Below are positions 46,212 to 56,657 of a stretch of 64,000 nt of DNA, one piece after another. The position numbers and the translations under genes were made by a program. Origin of the DNA: Acidobacteriota bacterium (GTDB taxonomy: Bacteria; Acidobacteriota; Vicinamibacteria; Vicinamibacterales; Fen-181). The notes beneath the pieces are model-generated. The model was not told the origin of the DNA, searched no databases, and saw nothing but the letters and a program-made list of their open reading frames with translations. The stretch's first letter is position 1. Each line of letters starts with the position of its first letter. The DNA is taken from NCBI GenBank assembly GCA_017883185.1, contig JADGOB010000002.1, forward strand, positions 10,844 through 74,843, in the 5' to 3' direction.

Positions 46212-48680
46212 TCAGTCGCGGTCGCCGGCGGGTTTGACGAACGCCGCGCGGCGTGGCGGCGGCATCACCGCGTTCGCGCCTTTCACCGACTTCCAGATCA
46301 CCTCGTTCAACAGCAGGTCGGGCGCCCGGTCCGGCGCGCTGAAGTCCATCGCGGCTGATTCCGCCGCGCCAGGCGCTCTGGGCCCGTTCCTCTCATCGAG
46401 CGGAGCCCTGGCGGGCACCGCGGAATACGGCCTCAGATCCGGCAGCGCGACGAACGCCTTGTAGAGTGGCGTCGCCGCGGCATCGTACTGACTCATCGGC
46501 GGCAGACCCAGAATCAGCTCGATGGTCCTCAGGACGCCTGACGTCGTGTACAGGGTGCTGTCCGCCGCTCCTCGCCGAACGAACGGGCTCGCGACGAGCA
46601 GGACCGACCGGTGCGCGTCCACGTGATCCGGCCCGTTCTGCGCGTCGTCCTCGAGCACGAAGATCGCCGACTCCTTCCAGAAGCGGCTGTGAGAAATGGC
46701 GTCGACGATGCGGCCGAGGGCGAGGTCGTTGTCGGCGACCATCGAGCGCGGTGTGGCCGAGCCGACCCGCGTGCCAGACGTGTGATCGCGCGGGAGGCGC
46801 ATGATCGTCAGGCGAGGGAGGTTGCCCGACGCTTCGAACGCGCGGAACTCCTCGAGCCAGATATCGGCCCGAACCTGGTCCGTGATGTCCATGTCGAACG
46901 GCGGGAAGTCGGGGCTGATGGCACCCTGCAGACCTGGGACGGTGGGTTTCAGCGGCGATGTCTTGTCGCGGAAATCGTCGCCGTGCAGGACGAACTCGCC
47001 GTAGCTTCGCACGCCAAGGTTGGCGCGACGGCAGGCATCCCAGATGTAACCCTGAGAGGGAGCGGCCACGTTGCCGTAGGCGTTGCGCATCTTGCCGCCG
47101 CCCTCGCTGAGGTAGGCGCCGCCCCGGCCCGCGTAGTTGGCCGGCCAGATCTTCTCGACGACGTCTGTCGCATACGCCGCGGTCGAGAATGCGTGGCCAT
47201 CGTAGCTCACCTCGGCATCGACGAAGAAGCTGTCGAACAGGACGAACTCTCGCGCAAGCGCGTGAGCATTGGGCGTGATGTCGGCACCAAACAGGCACAG
47301 TGCAGGGTCGCCATCTCCGCCCTTCAGGTCGCCGAGCACCTGGTCGTAGGTGCGATTCTCCCGGATGATGTAGAAGACGTACTTGATCGGCGACGGCTTC
47401 CCGACCTCCCTCGGAATCGACGAGGCGGCGGGTGCGCCCGCCGGCGCGAGGCGGGTGGCGTCGGAGTAGGGCGAAAGGCTCACGGCCTTCTTCGTCATCT
47501 GTGCGAGCGCGTCACCGCCTGGCAACGGCAGCACCGACAACGAGCCCTTCAGCAGGCCCCCGATGAACTGATCCGTCCGTCCCGTCAAGGGGCTCGGCCC
47601 ACGGGGATTGGCCGCCGATGACAACCCCTTTCCGCTCAGCACGTACACCTGCCGGCCGTCCCGATCGAACCCGACCGCCGTGGGATACCAGCCGGCCGGG
47701 ATGAATCCTGACACCTGGCTCCGACCGCCGGTCGTGACATCGACCACCGCGACCGTGTTGTTGTCGGCGTTCGCGACCAGCAGGGTGCGGCCGTCGGGCG
47801 ACAGCGCGAGAGCGTTCGGCGTGGTGCCGGCCGGCGCGTTCGGATACATCGCGACGCCGATCTGCTCCTTCGCGGTCATCGACTCCAGGTCGATCACCCA
47901 CACGGCATTCGTGTTGGCGCACGCGACGAACAGTCGATCGCCCTTCTTCGACTGCACCATGGCGTTCGGGTGCTCGCCAACCGTCGCCTCACCGACCTGC
48001 TCGAGCGTGTCGGCATCGAAGGCCAGCACCCGGGCGCCGCCCCACAGCGAGACGAACAACCGCTTGCCGTCCTGCGACAGCAGGCAGGTGTAGGCCTCTG
48101 CGGGGAGCGGCACGGTCTTCGCGATCTCACCGGTGTCGAGATCGATCACCAGCAACTGCTGCTCGAGCGCGCGGATCGCGAGTACCCGCCTGCCGTCCGC
48201 CGAGACCGCGAGACCTCCGCCCAGCGCCGTCGCTGACCTGGGCAGCGCAAACGTGCGGGCGAGCTTCAGCGTTCCCGCCTCGTAGGCGAACTCCTGCACC
48301 TGGTCCTGGCCCGTCGAATACAGCCGCTTTCCGTCCGGGTGCCAGGCGAGGCCGAGCCACGCGTGCTCCACCGGCACCGTGGCCCTGACGGAGAAAGCCT
48401 GCGTGTCGACGATGGTCAGCGACGGCTTGCTGTAGCCGTTGTTGGTGATGATCAGGTTGCGGCCGTCTGGCGACGCGACAAACGCCAGCGGCAGATCGCC
48501 CACCGGGAGGTGCCGTCCGGCGGGCGCGATCCGCCAGCCGTTGGGGAGCAGCGTCGTGGCCTGGTCGATCGGGCCCGGACGACGTGCGGCCTCCGCAGCC
48601 CGTTGCGCGGTGGGCACCATCCCGAAGTACCCCGAGAGAAACATGGAGGCGGTTATCAGGCCGGCAATCAGATTCTTCAT
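46212..48680 (-). CDS. Bifunctional YncE beta-propeller / phosphoesterase (alkaline phosphatase superfamily) protein
   Basis: Signal peptide, YVTN-type repeats, GWYPT, IIRENRTYDQVLGD and EDDAQNGPDHVDAHR. Confidence 0.88.
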   Translation of the reverse strand: MKNLIAGLITASMFLSGYFGMVPTAQRAAEAARRPGPIDQATTLLPNGWRIAPAGRHLPVGDLPLAFVASPDGRNLIITNNGYSKPSLTIVDTQAFSVRATVPVEHAWLGLAWHPDGKRLYSTGQDQVQEFAYEAGTLKLARTFALPRSATALGGGLAVSADGRRVLAIRALEQQLLVIDLDTGEIAKTVPLPAEAYTCLLSQDGKRLFVSLWGGARVLAFDADTLEQVGEATVGEHPNAMVQSKKGDRLFVACANTNAVWVIDLESMTAKEQIGVAMYPNAPAGTTPNALALSPDGRTLLVANADNNTVAVVDVTTGGRSQVSGFIPAGWYPTAVGFDRDGRQVYVLSGKGLSSAANPRGPSPLTGRTDQFIGGLLKGSLSVLPLPGGDALAQMTKKAVSLSPYSDATRLAPAGAPAASSIPREVGKPSPIKYVFYIIRENRTYDQVLGDLKGGDGDPALCLFGADITPNAHALAREFVLFDSFFVDAEVSYDGHAFSTAAYATDVVEKIWPANYAGRGGAYLSEGGGKMRNAYGNVAAPSQGYIWDACRRANLGVRSYGEFVLHGDDFRDKTSPLKPTVPGLQGAISPDFPPFDMDITDQVRADIWLEEFRAFEASGNLPRLTIMRLPRDHTSGTRVGSATPRSMVADNDLALGRIVDAISHSRFWKESAIFVLEDDAQNGPDHVDAHRSVLLVASPFVRRGAADSTLYTTSGVLRTIELILGLPPMSQYDAAATPLYKAFVALPDLRPYSAVPARAPLDERNGPRAPGAAESAAMDFSAPDRAPDLLLNEVIWKSVKGANAVMPPPRRAAFVKPAGDRD

Positions 48681-48710
48681 CCTACTCATCGTATAGTAGT
48701 GTCCGTGCAG

Positions 48711-51257
48711 ATGAACGCCCAAGACGATCGTCAATCGGTCCTCTTCGTCCGACTGGGGAACGGCCTGTTGTGGCTGCTCGGCCATGCCCCGAAGGTTCTC
48801 CCGGTCGTCGTCATCGGCCTCGTCGGCATCCTGTCGTGGAACGAGCTCAGCGCCATCCATCCGCGCGATGTGCGCGCCGCGCTGCACAGCCTCGACCCGT
48901 TCTGGCTGCTGATTGCCGCGCTTGCCACCCTCCTCAACATCGGCGTCATGGGGCTCTACGACGTCATCGTCTTCGAGCATACCCGTTCACGCTGGCTCGA
49001 GCGATGGCGATACGGGGCCGTGTCGTTTGCCTGGAGCAACTTCCTGACCCTGGGCCCGCTGGCCGGCCCGGCGATCCGCTTCTGGCTCTACCGCCCGGCG
49101 GTCGACAAGCCCTCGGATCTCGAAGGCGGCGTCGTCTCGATCGCCACCGCATTCACGGCCGGACTCGGTGGGTGGACGGTCGCGGCATGGCTGCTGCCCC
49201 ATGCCGACAACCCGATCTGGGTCGGCATCCTCGTCACCGTCGCCTTCGTGACGACGCTCGCGGCCGTGCACATCGCTCGCGCCGTCTTCAACCGCATCGA
49301 GCGGCTGGCGACACCGACGGGGGGGGCCATCTCCGCGCTGCACCTGGCGCTCGTCGGCTGGCTCGACTGGCTGCTCGGCGCGTTCGCGTTCGCGACGTGC
49401 CTGCGGGCGACGGGCGTGGAGACGTCGGTCATCGAGTCGGTCCGGGTGTTCTTCTTCGGACAGGCGATCGGCCTCGCCAGTCTTGTTCCCGGCGGGTTTG
49501 GCAGTGCGGATGCGTTCTGGATCGCGCGCCTGCCGCTCGCGACCAGCGTGGCCACGGCCGCGCTTCTCGCCTACCGGCTGATTTACTACGTGATTCCGTG
49601 GGCGATGGCATCGCTCCTGCTGCTCAGCTGGGCGACGCATCGCGCCACCAAGCGGCTGGAACTCGCCCGCCGGCTCCTGGCCGGCTTCGTCGGCGCCGCG
49701 GGGCTGCTGATCCTGCTGAGCGCGGCGTCGTTTTCGATTCGCTCGCGGTTTGCCCTCCTGAACGAATATGTGCCGCTGCCCGTCGTCGAAGTCTCGCACC
49801 TCGCGGCCGCCGCCACCGGGATCCTGCTGCTCGTCCTGGCGAGAGGTATGAGTCGCGGGTACCGGGCTGCTCTCAACTCGACGGTCGTCCTGCTGTTGAT
49901 GGGGGTCGTGTTCTCGGTCCTCAAGGGCCTGGACTGGGAAGAGGCGGTCGTGCTGGCACTCGTTGCGCTGCTGGCGGCATCGCAGCGCCCGCTGTTCACA
50001 CGCCGCGGCCGCGGCGACTGGGTCGAGTCCCGCGATGTTGGGGTCGCGTTCCTTGCGCTGCTGGTCTTCATCATCTTCGGCACGATCGCCTACCGCGTCC
50101 GGACGCCCACCGTCTCGGACATCGGGACCTTCCGCTCGGTGCAGTGGGCGGAGGTCGAACGGAATCGCTTTCTTCGATCAGCGACGACCCTCATCCTCGT
50201 GATGTCGGCGGGCGCGGCCTACGTGCTGATGCGGGTGCCGGTGCGCTTCAGGAGGCTCGGCGACGAGGAGCTCACGCGCGCTCTCGAGATGCACGCGGAG
50301 CTCGGCGGCGATACCAACGCCATGCTCGTGGCCAGCGGCGACAAGGATCTCTTCGTCGACCGCGATCGCGGGTTCTGTCTCTACAGGACGATCGGCCCGT
50401 ACCTCGTCGTGTTCTCCGATCCGGTCGTGCGCGCCCCGGCCGATCGCGGCGCCTTCCTGAACGCGCTGTTCGACCACGCCGGGAATCTCGATCGCCGGCC
50501 GGTCTTCTACCAGATCTCCCTCAACTGGATCCCGCCGCTGCACGACCGCGGTTACGCGTTCTTCAAACTGGGCGAGGAGGCACAGGTCTCGCTGGAGAGG
50601 TTCACGCTGGAGGGGCACGCGGGCAAGGAGTACCGGCAGTTCCTGCGGCGCGCCGAGCGGGACGGGGTCCGCTTCCGCGTCCTCCCTCCCTACGAAGTGG
50701 AGCGCGTGCTGCCGGAGCTCTCGGCCATCTCAGCGACTTGGCTCGAGAACAAGCGTGTCCGCGAACGCCAGTTCTCCATCGGCTTCTTCGACCCGGATTA
50801 CCTCGAGCGTTTCCCGTGCGCGGTTGTCGAGGACAAATCGGGGCGCATCATCGCGTTCGCCAACATGCTGCTCGGGCCCAAGCGCGAGGAGCTCTCCATC
50901 GACCTGATGCGCCACCTGGACGATGCGCCGCGGGTGATGGACTTCATGTTCACGTCGCTGTTCCTCTACGGCAAGGAACGCGGATACCAGCGGTTCAACA
51001 TGGGGATGGCGCCGCTCTCCAGCGTCGGCGAGATTCGCGGCGCCCACACGCGCGAGCGGCTGGCGAACCTGTTCTCCCAGCACGGTGAGACCTGGTACAA
51101 CTTCCAGGGGCTCCGCCTCTACAAGGAGAAGTTCGGCCCGGAGTGGGTGCCGCGCTACATGGCCTACCAGAATGCGTGGGAGTGGCCGGTCGCGATCGCC
51201 CATGTCAGTGCGCTGATCGCCGGCGGCTGGGGACGGGTGCTGCGGGGACGGGAGTAA
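48711..51257 (+). CDS. mprF: Bifunctional aminoacyl-phosphatidylglycerol flippase/synthase MprF
   Basis: N-terminal polytopic domain (LVPGGFG, LKGLDWEEA), then FFKLGEEA, SIDLMRH, FNMGMAPLS and YNFQGLRLYKEKF. Confidence 0.92.
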   Translation: MNAQDDRQSVLFVRLGNGLLWLLGHAPKVLPVVVIGLVGILSWNELSAIHPRDVRAALHSLDPFWLLIAALATLLNIGVMGLYDVIVFEHTRSRWLERWRYGAVSFAWSNFLTLGPLAGPAIRFWLYRPAVDKPSDLEGGVVSIATAFTAGLGGWTVAAWLLPHADNPIWVGILVTVAFVTTLAAVHIARAVFNRIERLATPTGGAISALHLALVGWLDWLLGAFAFATCLRATGVETSVIESVRVFFFGQAIGLASLVPGGFGSADAFWIARLPLATSVATAALLAYRLIYYVIPWAMASLLLLSWATHRATKRLELARRLLAGFVGAAGLLILLSAASFSIRSRFALLNEYVPLPVVEVSHLAAAATGILLLVLARGMSRGYRAALNSTVVLLLMGVVFSVLKGLDWEEAVVLALVALLAASQRPLFTRRGRGDWVESRDVGVAFLALLVFIIFGTIAYRVRTPTVSDIGTFRSVQWAEVERNRFLRSATTLILVMSAGAAYVLMRVPVRFRRLGDEELTRALEMHAELGGDTNAMLVASGDKDLFVDRDRGFCLYRTIGPYLVVFSDPVVRAPADRGAFLNALFDHAGNLDRRPVFYQISLNWIPPLHDRGYAFFKLGEEAQVSLERFTLEGHAGKEYRQFLRRAERDGVRFRVLPPYEVERVLPELSAISATWLENKRVRERQFSIGFFDPDYLERFPCAVVEDKSGRIIAFANMLLGPKREELSIDLMRHLDDAPRVMDFMFTSLFLYGKERGYQRFNMGMAPLSSVGEIRGAHTRERLANLFSQHGETWYNFQGLRLYKEKFGPEWVPRYMAYQNAWEWPVAIAHVSALIAGGWGRVLRGRE

Positions 51258-51477
51258 CGCTCAATCTCCTCGACGGGCGGAAGACCGGTGAACAGGCGGT
51301 CGCCACGTTCGGGCGGTGTTTCATGGCATCCCGGTGGGAGGTCGCTCGACAGTGTCGCGGCACTGTCCTTGTGCTCCTGCGCACCACATGCTAGTATCGA
51401 TTTTTTGGGCCTGCCCCCGATAACCTGCCCCCAACGCCTCATCATGCCCGTAACCCTCTCGAGGGAGAAAGAGCGAA

Positions 51478-54408
51478 ATGCACAGCAGAACACTGATAGC
51501 GATGCTCATGGTGCTTGCCGTAGCGGCAGGTGCCTGGGCTCAGGGCAATCCAACCGGTGCCATCCGAGGCGCCGTTACAGATCCAGACGGCCTGGCGTTG
51601 CCGGGCGTTACCGTGACTGTCACATCGCCGGCACTGCAGGGCGCCCGCACCGTGGTGACCTCGGCCAACGGCGACTTCAACATTCCGTTCCTGCCACCCG
51701 GTGAGTACACCGTGACCTTCGAGCTGCAGGGCTTCGCGGTACAGAAACAGACGATCGGCGTGGCGATGGCGGAAACGCAGCCGATGCAGACCAAGCTCGC
51801 GCTCGCGACCGTGACCGAAACGATTACCGTCACCGGTTCGGCGTCGACCGAGATCCTGAAGACCGGCACCATCGCGGAAACGTACACCGCGACGAAGATC
51901 GAGGCGCTCCCGATGGGCCGGACTCTGGAATCCGCGGTCCTGCTCGCGCCCGGCGTGAACGACAACGGGCCGAGCAGAGCCATCGTCATCGCGGGCGCGC
52001 TTTCCTACGAGGGTCTGTTCCTGATCAACGGCGTGAACGTGAACGAGAACCTGCGCGGCCAGCCGCGGACCCTGTATGTCGAAGACGCCATCCAGGAGAC
52101 GAAGGTCTCGAGCGGCAACATCTCGGCCGAGTACGGCCGCTTCAACGGCGGCGTCGTCAACATGATCACGAAGTCGGGTGGCAACCTGTTCAGCGGGTCG
52201 TTCCGCGACTCGTTGAGCAATGATGCGTGGCGGGCGCTGCGGCCGTTGAACGACACCAAGTTGGACAAGATCGTCCCGGCCTACGAGGGCACCTTCGGCG
52301 GTCCCATCAAGCGGGACAAGCTCTGGTTCTTCAGTGACGGGCGCTACACGAACACCCAGCGACAGATCACCCTCCCCTATACCTTCCTGTCCTACGCGTA
52401 TGCGCAGAGCGACAAGCGGTACGAGGGGAAGGGCACGTACGCGCTGACCCCCCAGAACACAGTGAAGGCGTCGTATACGAACAAGAAGATCTGGACGACG
52501 AACAACTCCTCCAGCAGCCCGATGGACCTCGACAGCCTGTACAGCAACGGCACGACCGACTCGCTGACGGCCGTCAACTACACGGGCGTGCTCTCCTCGA
52601 AGCTGTTTCTCGAGAGCCAGTTCTCGAGAAAGACGATGGCGACCGACGCTACGGGTGCGCAGTTCACGGACCTCGTGAAGGGCACGTTGATGTTCGACCG
52701 GTCGCGGAGCAGCGCGCGCTTCAACTCGCCGACCTTCTGTGCGGTCTGCGGCAACGGCTGGCACGAGGAGCGCAACAACTGGGATTGGTTCGTCAAGCTC
52801 GGCTACTTCCTCTCGACCGACAACGCCGGATCGCACTCGGTTGTGGTCGGCTTCGACAACTTCAAGGAATCGCGGCAGGTGGATAACTATCAGTCGGGCA
52901 GCGGGTACCGGGTGTATGCCACCAAGACGTATATCGCGGACACGCCCGACAAGACCATCTACCCGGTGATCGACGGCAGCAGCTACATCAACTACACCCC
53001 GCTGGTGGCGCCGAGCATCGGCAGCGACATCCGCACCTACTCGTTGTTTGCGAACGACCAGTGGCGCTTCAATAGCAGGCTGTCGTTGAACATCGGATTC
53101 CGTTACGACCGGAACAGCTCGAAGGACCAGGGGGGCGTGCCGGTGCTGAAGGACTCGCAGTGGAGCCCGCGTCTGGGCCTCAGCTGGGACATCGCGGGCA
53201 ACGGGAAGTGGATTGCAAACGCCGGTTACGCCCGTTACGTCATGGGCGTCAACGGCGCGGTGGTCGACTCGGGGTCGTCCGGCGGCCGCACGGCGTCCTA
53301 CGCGTGGACCTACGCGGGGCCGAAGCTCAACACCACCTGCACGGCGCCCAACTGTCAGACGATTGCCGCCATCCTGCCGCAGGTGTTCGCCTGGTTCAAC
53401 ACCATTGGCGGCATCAACAACACGGTGTACCGAAGCGCGCCATCGATTCCCGGCGTGACCACCAAGGTCAGCGGCGGCACGACCGCACCGAGCTCCAACG
53501 AGCTCACGGCAGGAGTGGCGCACGAACTGGGCCGGGGCGGAACAGTTCGTCTCGACTACGTCTACCGCAACTACAAGGACATGTACGGCAGCTTCATCGA
53601 CACGACGACGGGCAAGGTCACCGATCCGACCGGCCGCTCGTACGATGCCGAGAGCATCAAGAACACACCCGATGCGCGCCGGTGGTATCACGCGCTGACG
53701 GCGGCCGCGAACTACCGATTGAACAGGGTCATCCTGGGTGGCAACTACACACTGGCGTACTCGAAGGGCAACAACGACGGCGAGAACGTGAGCAGCGGGC
53801 CGGTCATGGCCGGCATCAACGATTTCCCCGAGTACCGACAGGAGGCCTGGAACTGGCCCACCGGCTACATGGGGAACGACCAGCGCCACAAGGTGCGTCT
53901 CTACGCCACGTTCCTGCTGCCCGTGAACCCCACCCTCGGCCAGTTCACGGTCGGCGTCATCCAGCGCGTCAATTCAGGCTCGCCTTACGACATCGCGATC
54001 TCTGTGAATCCCACCGCGTACGTGACGAACCCCGGCTATCTCACCCCCCCCACGAGTGTCACCTACTACATCTCGGGCCGTGGCCCGCTGCGGACCGACG
54101 CCATCTCCAACACCGACCTGTCCTTCGTCTGGTCCAAGAAGGTTCACGGCTCGGTGGAGGTGTTCTTCCGCGGCCTCGCATATAACCTCTTCAACAGGCA
54201 GGGCGTGCAGAGCCTGGATATGACGGTGTCCTCGAACGCGTCGCCCGGCACGTACACCGCCGCGAGCCTGCCGGTCTTCAACCCGTTCACGACCACGCCG
54301 GTCGCGGACGTGAACTACAGGTACGGTTCGGATTTCGGGAAGCCGGTTGCCCCGAGCGACTTCCAGGATTCGCGCTCCGCCAGCTTCTCGTTCGGGATCC
54401 GCTTCTAG
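51478..54408 (+). CDS. TonB-dependent receptor (Oar-like) with N-terminal carboxypeptidase-regulatory-like domain
   Basis: Signal peptide, LPGVTVTVTSPALQG, SAEYGRFNGGVVNMITKSG, SPRLGLSWD and C-terminal FGIRF. Confidence 0.9.
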   Translation: MHSRTLIAMLMVLAVAAGAWAQGNPTGAIRGAVTDPDGLALPGVTVTVTSPALQGARTVVTSANGDFNIPFLPPGEYTVTFELQGFAVQKQTIGVAMAETQPMQTKLALATVTETITVTGSASTEILKTGTIAETYTATKIEALPMGRTLESAVLLAPGVNDNGPSRAIVIAGALSYEGLFLINGVNVNENLRGQPRTLYVEDAIQETKVSSGNISAEYGRFNGGVVNMITKSGGNLFSGSFRDSLSNDAWRALRPLNDTKLDKIVPAYEGTFGGPIKRDKLWFFSDGRYTNTQRQITLPYTFLSYAYAQSDKRYEGKGTYALTPQNTVKASYTNKKIWTTNNSSSSPMDLDSLYSNGTTDSLTAVNYTGVLSSKLFLESQFSRKTMATDATGAQFTDLVKGTLMFDRSRSSARFNSPTFCAVCGNGWHEERNNWDWFVKLGYFLSTDNAGSHSVVVGFDNFKESRQVDNYQSGSGYRVYATKTYIADTPDKTIYPVIDGSSYINYTPLVAPSIGSDIRTYSLFANDQWRFNSRLSLNIGFRYDRNSSKDQGGVPVLKDSQWSPRLGLSWDIAGNGKWIANAGYARYVMGVNGAVVDSGSSGGRTASYAWTYAGPKLNTTCTAPNCQTIAAILPQVFAWFNTIGGINNTVYRSAPSIPGVTTKVSGGTTAPSSNELTAGVAHELGRGGTVRLDYVYRNYKDMYGSFIDTTTGKVTDPTGRSYDAESIKNTPDARRWYHALTAAANYRLNRVILGGNYTLAYSKGNNDGENVSSGPVMAGINDFPEYRQEAWNWPTGYMGNDQRHKVRLYATFLLPVNPTLGQFTVGVIQRVNSGSPYDIAISVNPTAYVTNPGYLTPPTSVTYYISGRGPLRTDAISNTDLSFVWSKKVHGSVEVFFRGLAYNLFNRQGVQSLDMTVSSNASPGTYTAASLPVFNPFTTTPVADVNYRYGSDFGKPVAPSDFQDSRSASFSFGIRF

Positions 54409-54414
54409 GTGGCC

Positions 54415-54439
54415 GGGGCCAGGCACTGCGCCTGGCCCC
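54415..54439 (+). terminator. 10-bp stem hairpin after the TonB receptor gene
   Basis: GGGGCCAGGC-ACTGC-GCCTGGCCCC; weak U-tract. Confidence 0.55.
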
Positions 54440-54504
54440 TCGCCTTATCGGGCCGCCCTGGTGGGCTACCACGACGCGCCGAGGGCGCGGCCGACAGGTG
54501 CCAT

Positions 54505-55218
54505 GTGCCCAGATCCACTTCCTTGCCGGCGCCCACACTCGTTGTCTTCGATCTGGGCGGAACCACCATCCGGGACCGCGGGGAGGTTCCGGCCGCCTTT
54601 GCCGATGCCCTCGAGGCATCGGGCCTCACCGTCGATCCTGGCGCGTTTTCCACATGGCGGGGCGCCTCCAAGCGGGAGGTGCTCTGCCGCCTGGTGGCCG
54701 AGCAACGCCCGGCACTTGGAGAAACCGAGCGCGAGGCGCTCGGTGCCGCCGCCTACCGTCACTTCTGCACCGTGCTCGCGGAACGCCTCGGCAGCACCAG
54801 TGACCTGGCGCTCCCTGAGGCTCGCCCGGCGTTCGAGCGGCTCCATCGCGCCAGTATTCGCGTCGCGCTCAACTCTGGGTTTGACCGAGCCATCCTGGAC
54901 GTGATCTTGGCCGTGGTGCGCTGGCCCGAGCACCTGCTCGACGCCGTCATCTGCTCTGACGACGTCTCCGCCGGGCGCCCAGCCCCGTTCATGATCTTCC
55001 GCAGCATGGAGCGGACCAACGTGCGCGACGTGCGGCGCGTGGCCGTGGTCGGGGACACCCGGCTGGATCTGGAAGCTGGCGCCAATGCCGGGGTGGCCTA
55101 TCAGATCGGGGTGCTGACCGGCGCACACGATAGGGCGACGCTCGAGTGTGCCCCCCACAGTCATCTCCTCGAGTCCGTCGGCCTCGTGCCGGATCTCTGG
55201 TTGGACGGTTCGGCCTGA
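54505..55218 (+). CDS. Phosphonatase-like HAD hydrolase
   Basis: VVFDLGGTT, WRGASK, GRPAPFMIF, VGDTRLDLEAG and VLTGAH. Confidence 0.82.
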   Translation: MPRSTSLPAPTLVVFDLGGTTIRDRGEVPAAFADALEASGLTVDPGAFSTWRGASKREVLCRLVAEQRPALGETEREALGAAAYRHFCTVLAERLGSTSDLALPEARPAFERLHRASIRVALNSGFDRAILDVILAVVRWPEHLLDAVICSDDVSAGRPAPFMIFRSMERTNVRDVRRVAVVGDTRLDLEAGANAGVAYQIGVLTGAHDRATLECAPHSHLLESVGLVPDLWLDGSA

Positions 55219-55406
55219 CGACGGCCGGCGGCGTCCGGCCGAACACCACCGAGGGGCCGGATTCTTGGTGTCCATCGAGGGCTACGGACCGAATGCAACG
55301 TGGACACCTCCGACATCGCGGAACTGCAGCGGCAGAAGTATGCTTGGTGAGGCATTGCCGGGGGTTGTATCCTCAGTGCGCCGGAACCCCTTGCAGGACA
55401 GAGGAC

Positions 55407-56654
55407 ATGAGCAGAGAGACACATACCGTTGCGGTTGTGGGCGGCGGCGCTTCGGGCCTGATGGCCGCCATTGCTGCTGCACGTGCCGGAGCATCGGTGT
55501 GTCTGCTGGAACGGCAGAACCGGGTTGGGAGAAAGGTGCTGGCAACCGGCAACGGCAGGTGCAACCTGAGCAACACCACCGTTACTGAAAAGAACTACCA
55601 CGGCAAGAATCCCGGCTTTGTCAATACGGTGCTGCAGCGATTCTGCGTGCAGGACACTCTCGCCTTTTTCAACAACCTGGGCATTCTCACCACCGTTGAA
55701 GATGATGGAGAGGTGTATCCCCTGTGTGCACAGGCTTCGGCAGTTCTTGACGCCTTGCGCTTCGAGGGGCAGCGGCTTGGGGTGCAGACCGTAGTGGGGG
55801 CCGAGGTCAATCGTATTGTGCCCGGCACACAGGGATTTACTCTGGTGCACGAAGGCCCCCCGACAGAGGCATCGGCCGTGGTTCTAGCAGCCGGCGGCAA
55901 AGCCATGCCGCAACTGGGAGGCGGCGAAAGCGGCATACGGCTGGCGACCAGCCTGGGCCACCGGCTCGTGCCGGTGTATGCAGGCCTGGTCCCCTTGAAG
56001 ACCGATTGTCCGTACAACCGGCAGCTCAAGGGGACCAAGGTCAATGCACTCGTCACACTTGACATCGCGGGTAGCTCGACGCTTTCCCAGAGGGGCGAAG
56101 TGCTCTTTGCCGAATACGGTTTGTCCGGACCGCCGCTGATTCAACTGAGCATGTCGGCTGCAGAGGCGCTGCACTACGGCAGCAAGGTCCGCCTCATGCT
56201 CGACCTTTTTCCGGAATGGGACCCACAGACCTTGACCGATCACCTGCAATCGCGTTTTGAGAAGGCCGGCGACACCCCACTCGAGCAAGCGCTGATCGGA
56301 TTCTGCAACAAGCGGCTGATACTGCCCCTGCTGGCCACTGCCGGGCTCTCGGGAACCGCGTCTGCCTTCAGCAGTATCGCTTTCGCATCACGGCTTGCAG
56401 CTGTCTGTAAGGCATGGGCCATGACGATAACCGGGTCGCTTTCGTACAACGAGGCGCATGTCATGTGCGGGGGAATCGATTGCGCCGATGTCGACCCGGA
56501 AACCCTGCAGTCTCGTCAAGTAGAAGGTCTGTACCTGACCGGCGAATTGCTTGACGTGACCGGAGACTGCGGCGGGTACAATCTGCAGTGGGCCTGGTCA
56601 TCGGGCCACGTGGCCGGCGTGCAGGCTGCACAGTCGGTGTTCAAAAGGGGATGA
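55407..56654 (+). CDS. HI0933/YhiN family flavoprotein (second copy, atypical codon usage)
   Basis: GGGASG, KVLATGNGRCNLSN, YGLSGP and GDCGGYNLQWAWSSG; many A/T-ending codons. Confidence 0.9.
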   Translation: MSRETHTVAVVGGGASGLMAAIAAARAGASVCLLERQNRVGRKVLATGNGRCNLSNTTVTEKNYHGKNPGFVNTVLQRFCVQDTLAFFNNLGILTTVEDDGEVYPLCAQASAVLDALRFEGQRLGVQTVVGAEVNRIVPGTQGFTLVHEGPPTEASAVVLAAGGKAMPQLGGGESGIRLATSLGHRLVPVYAGLVPLKTDCPYNRQLKGTKVNALVTLDIAGSSTLSQRGEVLFAEYGLSGPPLIQLSMSAAEALHYGSKVRLMLDLFPEWDPQTLTDHLQSRFEKAGDTPLEQALIGFCNKRLILPLLATAGLSGTASAFSSIAFASRLAAVCKAWAMTITGSLSYNEAHVMCGGIDCADVDPETLQSRQVEGLYLTGELLDVTGDCGGYNLQWAWSSGHVAGVQAAQSVFKRG

Positions 56655-56657
56655 GCC

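Noticed and set aside
51258-51477. Possible small ORF or riboswitch upstream of the TonB receptor
   Set aside because: I could not recognise cobalamin, TPP or other riboswitch consensus elements or a convincing ORF; an Rfam scan would be needed.
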